Below are positions 10,101-23,289 of a stretch of 64,000 bases of DNA, in pieces (the first letter of the stretch is position 1; each line of letters starts with the position of its first letter). The position numbers were made by a program, and so were the translations under genes. The notes under the pieces were generated by a model. The model did no database searches. It was not told where the DNA came from and worked only from the letters and a program-made list of their open reading frames with translations. Location of the stretch: the NCBI GenBank assembly GCA_001642005.1, contig LWCA01000058.1, positions 1-64,000 on the forward strand. The letters are read 5' to 3'. The stretch is from Intoshia linei (Eukaryota; Animalia; Orthonectida).

Positions 10101-12400
10101 GACCAAAGTTAAAACTGAAATATTAAGATACCATATTATACCTACAAACCGAATTGAAATATTCGATTTGAAATTGAAAAAATTTGAAATATTCTATGGT
10201 GCTCACACCAGATAATATTTTAATATGAGAACAAACTATGTCAATTATGCCAATTAATATGTTAATTTATTGTGTCAGTATTTTTTTTATTGATTTGTCA
10301 TTATTTTTAACTATTTTTCAGTATTGTAGATGGTTTGTCAGTATTTTAGGTGCCTGTACTGACAAAATAATTTTTTTTACTGCCCTTCCAATTTAAATAC
10401 TGACAATCAATTATTTATACTGACACTTTATCAATTGGGACCTGGAATACTGATAAACCTTTTACAATACTGAAAAATCAATGTTTCTAGTGACAAACCA
10501 TCACCAATACTGACAAATCAATAAGAAAAATACTGACACGATAAATGCACGCCTTTTAAATATATATCAGTTTTCTTAACATAACATAACATCAGAAATT
10601 TTTCCATTTGATTAATTTCAGAAAAATTTCCTTCTCGAAAATTTGCATCTTACGGTAAGGCTTACCGATCAAAAACGTATTTTACTATTTTATGTAATTG
10701 TATAAAACTACTCTGTAATTGTCGACGTTGCACTTTTTTTATCGATAATTCACAAATCTAGGTTTCAATCGCAAAATTGACCGCTTGGGTTGTTTATTAT
10801 CAAAAAATTGGTCTACGGAATGTGGCCACTGGCCAGTAATTCCGAATTGTTATAAAGGGTCCGCGAAAAATTTTAATTTAAGTAAAATATCAAAGAATCA
10901 CACTAAATCACGTGTGAGAATAATATAGTAAACTTTTATTACTCAACTTGCTCATTTCAAAATTTGAAATGAGTGTGACTTTGAAATTGGAGTGGTATAA
11001 ACCATTTGGATAACCCTTGATTTGAAATTTGTTAAAAATAACTGGGAAAAGCGAATATTAAATTTTTTTATAATTATCATTTTAGAACTAATCTGTTCTT
11101 ATCCCACTACAATATTTAATAGCAGATATGTTAATATTGTCCGTTTGACGGTTGGATACAAATTAGAATATGAATGCATGCCAAATTATGTTTTTTATGT
11201 CAATGATGTGCTAGTTGAATTACCACTTAAAAAATTTTACATTTCATGTGGAGAAAATTTAAAATGGTCCTCACATGAAGCATCATGTCAGTGTAATACA
11301 AAAAAAATATATTTATTTCAATTTATTGTTAAATCATTGATGAAAATAAATAATTTAGTCAAGAAATGTCCGGTGATCAAAGCTATTCCAAATTCGTCAT
11401 TAAATCGAGACATTTCAGAATATTTTGGAACAACAGTTACAATTAATTGCAATCAAAACCACGAAATAGCGCCAAAGGTAAATTTTGTAATTATAACATG
11501 CGGTGAGGATGGTCAATGGAATCATGATAATGTCAATGGAATTGAATGTAAATGTAATTTTTCCATTTTTTCAATGTAATAAAATCTTAGCTGAAAAAAA
11601 ATGCCTTCAGCCTGAAAAAATTGCAGACACTACATTATCAACAACCAACACAACATTAAACGGGATTGCTGAATATAAGTGTAAAACCGATTTTCATTTT
11701 AACAAAAAAGTGTTTTCTTTGAAAAAAAAATGCAATGAAACGTACGATTGGGAACCCTTAGAAATAGAAAAGTACGATAAAATACCAAAATGCAAACGTA
11801 AATCAAAATATTAAATGATTATAATTAATAAAAAACTTAAATGTAGCCATTTATTGTCCTATAATCAAAACATGGTTAAACATTAAAGTAAATACAACAG
11901 ATAGAAGTGTAAATACTGTGGTAAACATTACTTGTCGGAGAGGTTACCGATTTAAAAACTTTAAAGAAGATTATTTTATCAATACTTGCACCAAAGATTC
12001 GGATTGGAAGTTATTTAATGTAAGGTCTTGTGTACAAATCATTATAAACGAAGCGAGTAATTTATTCATTTAATGCTATTTGGATTCCAATGAAAAACTT
12101 AAAAATCAAAAGAAAAAAAATTCATCTGTGTGACAAAGCTGTTGAAATGCTATTGTAAAGTATCATTGGGGTCCATCATGTATATTTACATGATTAATTT
12201 ATATTTTTATAGAAACAGAGGTAACATCGAAAGAATACGCATCCCATGATATTTTCATGTACATTGTAAAATATTTCTCGATAGTTTTGGGAATTATTGT
12301 ATTTGTCATTTTAATTTTCATTATAATATGTAACATTGACAGAATTATGCTTTGTGGTAAATCAGCCAAGCCAGTACAATCGAAAAAAAATAAATTTTAA
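7126..12400 (+). CDS. Type-I membrane protein with about 8-9 Sushi/CCP-like modules
   Basis: Signal peptide MKNSVIIFLVNLIWWVVS. Successive phase-1 exons encode C..C..G(Y/F)..C...W...C modules (e.g. about 8993-9178, 11086-11292, 11359-11553, 11591-11797, 11847-12056). The last exon (about 12213-12400) encodes TM YFSIVLGIIVFVILIFIIIC and a short basic tail ending SKKNKF*. Confidence 0.8.
9197..9420 (+). mobile_element. Helitron-like element, 5' fragment
   Basis: Starts A|TCCTTACTTATATA...TTTGTTTGTGTGTGT and is the reverse complement of the termini at about 34400-34582, 40180-40232 and 52800-52935. Confidence 0.6.
10261..10550. mobile_element. Foldback/MITE with long inverted arms built from TGTCAGTA subrepeats
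   Basis: Left arm ATTTATTGTGTCAGTATTTTTTTTATTGATTTGTCA is the near reverse complement of right arm TGACAAATCAATAAGAAAAATACTGACACGATAAAT. TGTCAGTA units lie on the left and TACTGACA units on the right. Confidence 0.7.
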
Positions 12401-12660
12401 TAATTAAATCTTACATTTAAAATTTTTTAATAAAGTGTTCTCATAAAAATTTGACTGAAATATATTATTAAAATCCACTTGAAAACTTGGTCAAAAATCC
12501 TAAAAACACCTTCAAAGTAAAAAGTTTTACTAAATTGTGTGAGATTACATATGTGTAAATAGTGTAAATTTTTATATGATTTTGAGATATAAATGAAATC
12601 AAAAAACCGGGACATCAGTTTCTGACATTTAAAAGTTAAACAAGTTTCTATACTATTCTA

Positions 12661-13610
12661 TACAGTGCAAGGCAAGTCTTAGGTACCCTACACATTCTCT
12701 TTACAAATCACTATAAAGTAAATAAGGCGAATCTTGAACTTGAAATTAAACATAGACTAATTAAAGAATGATCTCACCAATATATAATTATGCTGATGTC
12801 ATAAAATACCTATAAAAGATACATTTTAATACGGTTTTGTTTGCGATAGTAAAAATATTAACGACATAAGTCTTAGGCACCTTGATAATTTCAATTAAAA
12901 TATATATTTTTAATTTATACATGATTAGACATGATTAGATTAGATTACAAGAAAAATCCTTGCTTGACAGTATTAAAGGTTAAAATACACTCCAGCATTT
13001 CAAAAAAGCCTAGTTTAAAGACGGTGCAACGTGTGTTATATAGATTTGGATTATATGGAAGAATTGCAAGTCGAAAACCGTTTCTTAAAAAATTTCACAG
13101 AACAAACCGTTTTAAAAGGTGTAAGTAAAAAGTGGCATGGACGAACCAATGGAAAAATATAAGCTTCACTGATGAAAGTTGATTTGAATTATTTACAATA
13201 GGAAGAGTATACGTTCGAAAACTTAAAAACTAAAATGCTTATCAACGTACATAAGTAGAAGTATTAAAAATACCCAGTCAAATATGATTTAGGTAGTATT
13301 AGAGAAAATGGAAAAACATCATAATTAAAGTGTATAGGAGAATACCAGAGTATCCTTAGAAAAGCAAACGAATAACATTTTTGGATGGATTGAAGAAACA
13401 TCAATATTGTGAACCGTGTCAAACAGAAAATACAACCCGTCCATTTAAAAGGGGTAATTGTATAAAAAAATTAAAAGATTAACCGGTACAAAGTCCAGAT
13501 TTAAACATTATTGAAGGCATGTGAAAAATTTGAAAGATACGGTATATAAGCTACATCAGTAAACATAGAAGAACTATAGAGATATATGCACGACGAATGG
13601 GACGCGTACC
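12661..13610 (+). mobile_element. Decayed Tc1-like transposon (transposase pseudogene)
   Basis: Begins TA|CAGTG. Direct repeat AAGTCTTAGG(T/C)ACC at about 12675 and 12868 (IR-DR-like). Transposase remnants VQRVLYRFGLYGRIASRKPFL, WKNISFTDES and QSPDLNIIE carry stops and frameshifts. The 3' boundary is approximate. Confidence 0.85.
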
Positions 13611-14860
13611 TCTAAAACCTATTTAAGGGTGGTATGCCTTAAAAAAATCCCAGAATTTATTTTTAAAAACATTTTAAGATATGTTTCATTTTTAAAACAA
13701 AGGGTAATTTGAGGTTTTGACCATGAAGGTATGTGGATTTGAGGATGAGATTAACGACAATATTAACGATTTTAAAACGCGTCACAGAATGTATGTTTTA
13801 TTAAATTTTTGAGCTGATTTTTATTTAAACAAAAGGGAAAATTGGGTGTTTTACCCTGAAGGACTCAAATTCTGAAACTGAAAAATAGATAAAAACTGTA
13901 TTAGAAATTGACTTTTTCAGATCATGTCATTGTCAGTTTTTTCAATAAATGTTTACATACAGATATTGATTTTTATATACATGTATGTAAAGGAAAAGGA
14001 TATTGAAAATAATTATTCTAAATATTCAGTTCAAATTATTGTTGGTTTATTATGTGTTTTAGTTATGTGTTGTTTGAATCTTTATAAAAAAAATAAAATC
14101 CCTTCTGGTTTAATATCATCAGAAATTCTAATATATTTGTGATATATATACAATCTTTATAAAGAATGCATTGGAGTAATTGCATTTACGTTTTTATGAT
14201 CCTTTTCAACAGTATTAAAATCAAAAAATAATTGGCTTTGTTACAATTATAAAGGTATTATAATATAATTATATTATTATCTAACATGATGGTTAAATTT
14301 AACTATCATAAAACATGTACACAATAGGTAATATTTTCAGTCCAAAAACGCCCACAATATAATTAAGACTAATGAAACGTAATTAATTCCTTTATAATAA
14401 TCAATTGTGTATTCGAATCAAATTAAAAAAGCCAAAATCGCACTTATGTATAGAAATTCTAGTCATTGGGGGAAATTCTGAGATGATTTTTAATTTTTAC
14501 TCATGGGACACACGGTGTGTCACACACTAAAAGAATTAAAAATTGTGACGTTTTCACAAGAAAATGCTTCAGAACCACTCATAAAGAAGTATAAAATATG
14601 ACATAAAGTATGAAATTGTCATTTAATATTTGACAGCCCACATAAGACTAATAAATATTGCCCTACATTTTCAGAGTCTATTGAATAATACCTTCATTTT
14701 ATATTATTCACCTATTATCCTATATAATAAAAACTTGGTTTGTTTAATGATTATTGGGCTAATAGTCTATATTTAAAAACTGTTAAAAAGAATTGTCATT
14801 ATTTAATTTTATAGGTTTAAAAATTTAAATTTAACGTCAAAAAATCAAAGTACCAGAAAA

Positions 14861-17800
14861 ATGAAACAAATTATTAATTTCACAATTTTTATCGGTGTTT
14901 TATGTTCGTACTGTCATCCACGTAAAGTGAATATTGGTAATTTTATGTTTATATGATATACAATTTTATACACTATATAATTTATTATTCTTAAACTTAT
15001 ATTTAAAAATCCTCGGACCCCCATTTTAACAAATTATTTCGTTGAGTTAATTCAAAAATTTATAAATCACTTAATGGGTTAAAGATTTCATAATGGTAAA
15101 AGGGAAGAGGCCAATTTGTGAAATTGAAAAAATTATTTTGTATTTTACAAGGGGTTAGATAAAAGTTTCCTAACCGGGGTGCTAGAAAAACTATTTTTAT
15201 TTTTTACATTTTGACTTGAAAATTTCTTAAAAGAATGAAATTAATATTTTCAAATTGGAATATCATTTAAATTTGGGTGTCTACTTAATTTTTACCATTT
15301 TTTTACCAATTATGACATGCGATTCCAAAATCCGCTCTATTTTCCTTTTAGACGTTGAATTCGATTCCTTTATGTTAGGGGGTCCAACCTTTATAAACAT
15401 AATGTCTATTTATACATTTTCCAATTTTTGAAGATTTACATGTCTGGATAAGGCCGAGAACGAAAAATAAAAACAGGCCAATGGTTGTGCGAATATTTTA
15501 TTAATCATTTCACACAAAACTTGATTAATGAAGCGACTTTTACATCAAATAAATTTATTTTCTACCTTAATGACACCCCTGGCACTGAATGGATTCAACT
15601 AGTTTCTTATATTCAAAGCTGTAGCAGGTTGTTGCAATCCTCAGGCAGCTTATTAAATTGTATTCTGTCATGATGGATCTGTATTTAGATTATATTATCT
15701 TTATGTAAGAAAATACAGATGCACAATGTGCACACAGGTATATTCATCACAAGCAAGCAGTTATATAAACAGCATATTTTCTTATATTGGGATACTTTTA
15801 ATCTAATAAATACTTCCAGAACGTATAATCCCCGGTGGTTGGTCTGGATTTCATCAAAATATCATAAATATTGTTCGTCGTAAAAATTAAATTTTCCAAC
15901 GTTACCTGTTCATAAATTAAAATTGTAGATGCCTTGTGATTGTAAACACGAACGATATGACCCCTTGCCTCTCTCCACTGTCCTACATTATAGTTCCTTT
16001 ATCTCTAACAAAACTTACATGTGATAAACTTATTTACGATAAACAACCACAAAAATGTCATTAATACATACATTACATTGTTTTGTGCTTTTATGTATTT
16101 GAGAAAAGTATTGTTTTAACTGCAATCACATATAATTTAAATCTTATCAAATACAGCTTCTATGTTCGTTTTTACCATTTATTAATGTTTTTATTGATTA
16201 TTTTTGATAAAATAGTTTTTAAAAATGTCAATAAAATACGAATTTTACGTTGGTTTTGAATGTATCATTTTTTATTTGTTACAGGGGTGCTGGAAATAAT
16301 TGATCTGGCTAACTGGGGTGCTAAATTTAGAAAAAGTTAAGAAACCCTGGTTTAGATGATTATCGTTGGTTTAACCTTATTTAAACGATGTAAAATATAT
16401 ACTTTTAGTGGATATTAAAGAAACATTAATCTCAAACAAGCATCACCCGAAAAATTTACATGTAGAATTTGATGTAGACGGTCAAAAAACAAGATTAAAC
16501 TTGAAAAGAAATAATATATTTAAAAACGAATTCATTCCAATTATGATTGACGGCTATAATTTTAATGACCCTCTTCGTGTGAATAGAGTAATTTATACAA
16601 TTATTATGTATACAAGTATATTAGGGCAGTGGTTCCCCAAAAAATATATTGTTAAAAATCAAAAACTAACAGTATACAAATATTTTTAAAGAAATCAATT
16701 AGTACAAATAGTGAATATGTTTATTATATTAATATAACAGCGATTAAAAAAATGTTATCTTTTAATATTACTGGTTTTATTTTCGTTATAAATCATACTT
16801 TAATATAGTTGACACCCTAGTTACTAGGGCGTAGTATACAAAAATTGTAAATTTATGATTGTTCTTTACAGTTTATATACGTGTTATTGTCTCGTAAGGA
16901 TTAATAACATTTACATTTATTATAATCCAAAATTAATCCGAATTTCAAAAATATATTAATTAAATATCAAATACTAAATCAAATTAATGTTAACGATTCT
17001 AATTTAATTTTAAAATTTTTCTTAAATCTGCGGCCCCTCAGACTCTGTAGGCCCATTTGGGAACCACTGCACTAGGGTGTCACACAGATCTGAGAATCTA
17101 GGACGCTCCATGATAGTAGGGTGTATTTTATGAAAATAATGCCCTGTGCAAAATTTTAGCTTTAAATATTCACTATTCTAGCGGAGGGCAACAAAAATGT
17201 TTTTAAAAAAGTTTTAAAAAGTCTTAATGAAAAAAATCGCTTTTACCAATATTTTTATGAAAAATCCCATTTTATCAAATTTTTAGATCAATAATTCTTC
17301 TGACTGATTCCATAAGAAAAAACCTGATTTTAAAAAAATTTGAAAAATCTTTTTTTACTAATATTTTTTTGAAAAAACATTAATCATTAATTTTTCGGTA
17401 AATAATTAATAATAATTGTATAACCTAAAATAAAGTTCCATTAAAAACCGATTTGTTGATACATTAGAGTGGAAGACATAGAAAAATATGTAAATATTAA
17501 TAATGACACAAAAAAGGATATCAGTGACTGCCTTGATTTTGTGTACCCTTCGCTAACATTTGAGAAACTGGGGCAAAGTCAAGAATGTAACTTTTTAATT
17601 AAAATATTTTAAATAGACCTTGAATAAAATCTCATTTTAACTTTTCAATTTGAAGTAAAATAATATATTGCATTATGATCAGATGTATTGGACACGGCCG
17701 CACCTTGTGCACCCATGCTCTAGATTGATATCTTTAAAATGTTCCGATTGCTTAATTGGCACTTCACATATACTAATAGAAGATATATAATGAAACTTCG

Positions 17801-20800
17801 AAGCGAAGACATGAATATTTTTGTATTATTCGTTAATAAAATGAAAAATGTTGAAGAATAATATATAATGATGGAAAATTGGATGTCTTGGTAAAATATC
17901 ATCAAATCATAAAATTATGTGTGAAACAGTATTAAACATACAAAATGACATTTTGTATGATATTGCCAAAATAGGGACGTCCCTGTTGTAAATCATGCCC
18001 TTAGAGAGCATTACTGACATATAAAAAGCCAAAATACTCTCAAAAACCGAGAGCGAAATACAACAACTAGTTTTCACCATGAATTTGTATAAATTAATTG
18101 TTTATTATGTAACAATAGCAAAAAATTAATAAAAATATAAAAATAAAATTCAATTTTCAATAAATAATAGGCTTTTTTATTTTTTTGACCTCCACTTCGT
18201 TATTTAATATTATTAAAAAATTCTTACAGTATGAGTATATAATTCTAAAAATACATCGATTTTTTGGGGAGCGTTCAAAAAATTCGTAAATGTTTAAAAA
18301 AATTTGACACCCTAAAGTACACTGTACGTGAACAATGCTTACTGAACACTATAACAAAATAAAATTATTCCTAATTTTGAAAAAATAAAATAAAAATTAC
18401 TTATTGAATCATTCAGTCTTTAGTAAAGGCACTCCACTCACACATATAAATATTTGTAGAAAACTTAATATAATTCAAGTTTAAAGATAATACGAATATA
18501 ATAATATAAAAAATTAATTTTTAATCTGTCATTTGAAAATAATTTCTTATCTATAAATAAACATTGAGATAGATATTACCTGTTTAGATTTATTAATAAA
18601 TTCCGCCAAATAATCAACTCAAATTATACTTTAATGCTGACATCTTCATGGTATTTAATACATTTTTGAACCAATAGAAGAATACTTGGCGCAATTTTAT
18701 TTAATACTCCCAGGCAATTTCATAATCATAATGACAATTACATCATCAATAAGAGAATTATATCCATTAAAATCAGAAATATGTAGAAAAATGGGGTAAT
18801 TTATTGTTAATCTTTTACTGCGTGTAATGTTATTATTACATTTTAATCTTTTTATCATTACTACACACTATAATAGATATATATACTGTAATAGATATTT
18901 CATATTTGTGCAAAATTGGACATGCAATATATTATAAATTTAGAACCTTAATCACTATATTGATACTGAATCTCAAGCAGTGTTCAATGTAGAATCTGTA
19001 CCTCACCACAAAGGATTCAAAAGATATTTTGTATGTATTATATTTTAATCTATGATTATTTTAATTTGATTTGATATTTGTGTAATGTACAATGAATAGA
19101 CAAAAAAATTACTTACTAAACTTACTAAAATCTAATAATATTAATTAATACTAATGGTCCATTAGTAATGGAGAATCTAAAATTGAATTTTTGAGCAGAG
19201 TTTTTTTTGTTTGAAAAATAGTTGATAAAATTAAAACAATCCCATGTATAAGACTAAACTATTAATTTAAATCATAATATATTTTAGACCGGAACATTCA
19301 TTAAAGACAACAAAGTTATTCATGTTAAACCGCAACAACATGGAAATCATTTTATTAGAGAAATAAAAGATAAAAAACTTTTTCCAGGTAATTGTACCCA
19401 ATCTAATAAATCAATTTAATGGTTAATTTAATTTGTTAACAATTGTAGGTTCGTTTCACAATTATTTGTAAAATTAGATCAATTTATGTTTGAATGATAT
19501 TTTCAGGCCTCTTTTGAAATATTTTTTAAAATTTCAAAAAACCTTTTCATTTGTGTATGATATGGGTTATGGTTGTACTGATCAACATATATAATATATA
19601 ATATCTACATGATATAGTAGTTTATTTACAATTTTTTAAAAAAATAAAATTACATACCAAAATTTTTCAAACTCCTGGTTGGAAGCCTTAAAGAGGACAC
19701 TGAAACCACACCATGGTCCATAATATCTAAAATAAATCGTAACGAGTTTATCGGACTGCAATTATTTTTTAATTTTTTTTACATGTTATACAAATCAGTA
19801 TCATTTTACTTTAAGTTAAATTTATTTAAAAAAATTCAAAAATATATCGAAAATCTCAAACCTAAAGTTATGTCGCGAGTCGCGACTCAGTTTTAAAACG
19901 CCTGTGTTGCGTTATTAAAAATTAATAAATGATTTTAGGGTGAAGTGGAGGAAACTATTTTATTTAAATTTAAATTTAGATGACTATGATGTGTTTTTGG
20001 ACATTTACAATAATCTAAACAAAACGATTTTACCGGAACAACGTTTTCAAGAAAGAAATATTTACAGTGATGTGAAAACTTTTTATGTTGAAATTATATT
20101 TTTGTTGGATGATTCAATTTGGTCGTGGTATACATTTAAATTTAAATTTATGAGATGAATTCGTGTCGTTTTCTGAGAATAAGATATTCTTCAGTTCTCA
20201 TTTAGTGTCTTATTTAAACTTTAAACTATTTTGGCGTTTCAGGACGATTTAGAATCTAAATTGTACATGTTATTAGGGATTATTAAATAGACAGTTTTCT
20301 AAATTATGAATAAATCTGTTTACAAAAAAATAATATTATTAGTTGGTCATGTAAAAATTTTTTTAGGTGCTTCCTTGAGGTTGAAATTTTTTTTTAGTAT
20401 GCGGGTTTACATTAGAGAATGTTAGAATATTTACAATTTTTATAACTGGGTTGTTTTATTTATTCTCAGTACCTTAAAAAAATGGTAAAAAAAATCTTGG
20501 AAATACCTTAGATTGGCATAACCTTGTGTATAAAACATTTATAATAATAAAATGATAGGTTAAGCTCAAAAACTGGTACATCGGAAAATGAATTGGATGT
20601 AAAAATTAGAGAAATATTCGGACATATAATGAACGGAGTAATTATTTACAAAATTGTTAATTTATTATTAATGTATAAAATATTTTAATTCCAAATTAAT
20701 TTAGATTTCAATGAGTTTTGCATCTATTAATTCTCAACAATACAATATTGAAATTAAACCATTCCTAAACTCAATTGTGATACACAAGGTACATTATTAT

Positions 20801-23257
20801 AAAGTTTAATGAAAAGTTTTTAGACTGTTGAAGAATCATATTATGTACATGGAGATTCGGTAATAGAACCTGGGATAATACCACAATACACTATATTGGA
20901 CGGGATCAAAGTTTTAAATAAGTTGGGTGACTGGTCAGTAAATTTCAATGATAAAAGAAATTGGAATAGTCCGGATCACGTCATGTTGTGGACTACGTAT
21001 ACATTACATTATAAGATTTAAATACATAAACTATATAAACGTAGATACAATATTGTAGACTATGGAGTGATCGGTTATTCTTATGTTGCTGGAATCTGTA
21101 AACCAAAATATTCAATATCAATCTGCGAATACAGTGGCATACATAGCTGGAAAAATGGAGCTCATGAACTTGGTCATAAGTACATTATTTACGTTTTAAT
21201 ATATAGCTATTACATATTGTATTAACATTAAATTAGTATTCTTTTATTTTTCAATTTTTTTAGTTTAGGAGCCGATCATGATGGTATAGATAAAGCTTGT
21301 CCATCAAGTGATCAATATATTATGTCACCAACAAAAGTACCTCATATAGATTATGATGACTATTTAAATACCTACACATTTTCATCTTGCTCTGTGCAAA
21401 AAATTTACGACACGTTGATGGGAAACGTTGACAAGTTGTGTTGTTTTTTTGATATCTATATGAAACTTTTAGTTATCCAAGAGTTTGCGTTTTTGATAAA
21501 TTGTGTTCTCATGAAACAAATGAGAAGGTTGACATCTTACCTGGTGAACAATTTACAAGGGATGAGCAATGCACTCATTTAATGGAAAATACTGCAAAGT
21601 TTTGTGTATAGTTTACTATTAATAATAATTTATTTAAAAATTATACACTTTAAATCAAAAATTGTAGTTTCAGAGAATCTTAAAATTAAGAAAGATGAAC
21701 CAATAAAATTTTTATAACATTGGAACATTTTATGATGGCTCTTTAAACAGTTTCCCACATTTTCCATTACCTTTTAGTTTGCTGTTCCACCAAATTGTTA
21801 TTTTTATAATGTTGTCACTAGTTATAAATTGAATTTTTTTAACCTTGAGGGACTAGCATCTAGATTTTTTTGTATAGCAATATCGCGACTTTTAAGTCGG
21901 ATGAATCGATCCCGGTTTCAGAAGCGTTAATTAATCAGGGGTGTCAATTATGGAATGTGCGGTTATATAATTATAAATTTTTATTTTTTATCACAATTTT
22001 TTACAAATATTTCTTATTTTACAGTTTTTTCATATATTTTTCATGATTTATTTATTTATTATTACAAATTTTGCACTTATTCCATTTTTTTGTTTCATAT
22101 TTAATTTTATGAATTAATTAAATCTGTTAGTTTTAACACAATTTTTTAAATAAAGATTTTTTTTTGTTCACATTTGGCCCGCCAAGCAAATTGAGTCTGA
22201 AACCCCTGCTATAGAGTAATGTAAATTATACTAGGAAGAAGAAACAAAGGACATTTGCTATAAAATGTATTGCAAAATGAGTGGATATGCATTTTGCAGA
22301 GCAAAGGCTGGAGCAACACTAGAAGGTACAAAGTGTGGTTATAATATGGTAATTACCTTTGAATTTAAATAAATACCGACATGTAAATTAATCTTTTCGT
22401 ATTGAAAATTAAATTAGTGGTGTCGAGAAGGAGAATGTATACAAAAATATACCGTACAAATTAATGATGATTGTGAAAATATCAGTATTCCCAAAAATGT
22501 TCCAACGTGTATGTCTGAAAATTCATTAAATTAATTTATTTTAATTTTTAAAAAATATTTTAATCATGAGCAAATATATTTTAGCTTGTGAAGATTCTGA
22601 AGGTTACAATTGCGGTGTATATGTTAATGAACAACCTGAATCGTGTTTTGTGAGATCAGACATATCATATTATTGCTGTAGAACGTGCCATTTAAATGGA
22701 TTATATGAACCAACGAAAGCAGGTTTAAACTTTAATTAATGTTTATCTTATTATATTTTATATAAAAATTAATATTTTACCGATTTTATGACGAGTCATG
22801 AAAATGACATTTATATTCATTATAAGAATTTAATATAGTCATAATTACTATGACTAATAATAAACATATTGATATATTAAAATCAAATATGGCCATATTA
22901 AATAGAGAACATCTATATATAAGTCTTTTAAAACTTTTACTAAAAAACATTTTGATTTTTAAATCATAACGATACTGTAGTAATTATTCGAAAATGTCAA
23001 TCGACAGTGACCAGTCTAAAAATACTACAAATTAAAATGTTAATAAAATTGATAAATAATTTATAGAATATGATTCAATAAATCCGAATACACCTGAACC
23101 AACCACAACAACAATAAAACCGTTGGAAGATAACAATTTTATGTGCATGGATTTGTATACATATTGCGAATATTGGAAAGGTAGAGGGTATTGCACTTAT
23201 GATCTTACAAAAACAATGATGGAAGAAATATGCCCCCGAACATGCGGGGTTTGTTAA
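14861..23257 (+). CDS. Secreted reprolysin (M12B) ADAMTS-like metalloprotease with C-terminal ShKT domain(s), about 15 exons
   Basis: Signal exon MKQIINFTIFIGVLCSYCHP and prodomain exons (about 16409, 18944, 19288). Catalytic GVIGYSYVAGIC..AHELGHN|LGADHDG (about 21163-21281) and Met-turn YIMSP. ADAMTS-type Cys module LPGEQFTRDEQC..CYKMYC..LEGTKCGYNMWCREGEC. Then CEDSEGYNC..YYCCRTC, a P/T-rich linker and ShKT CMDLYTYCEYWKGRGYC..MEEICPRTCGVC*. Confidence 0.85.
15161..16349 (-). mobile_element. hAT (Buster-like) deletion derivative with transposase C-terminal remnant
   Basis: Near-identical 8-bp flanks GGTTAGAT/GTTTAGAT. The minus-strand remnant at about 15567-15800 reads KYPNIRKYAVYITAC..YLC..SVFSYIKII*SKYRSIMTEYNLISCLRIATT..YKKLVESIQCQGCH*, typical of Buster/GTF2IRD2-type C-termini. 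Confidence 0.7.
16628..17069. mobile_element. hAT/Buster-type MITE
   Basis: TIRs CAGTGGTTCCCCAAA / TTTGGGAACCACTG; degenerate 8-bp TSD TATTAGGG/CACTAGGG. Confidence 0.7.
21937..22208. mobile_element. hAT-type MITE
   Basis: Ends CAGGGGTGTCAA ... TTGAGTCTGAAACCCCTG with a subterminal TTTGGCCCGC motif; TSD not conserved. Confidence 0.5.
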
Positions 23258-23289
23258 TTGATAACATTATAGTGTATTAAAATATACAA

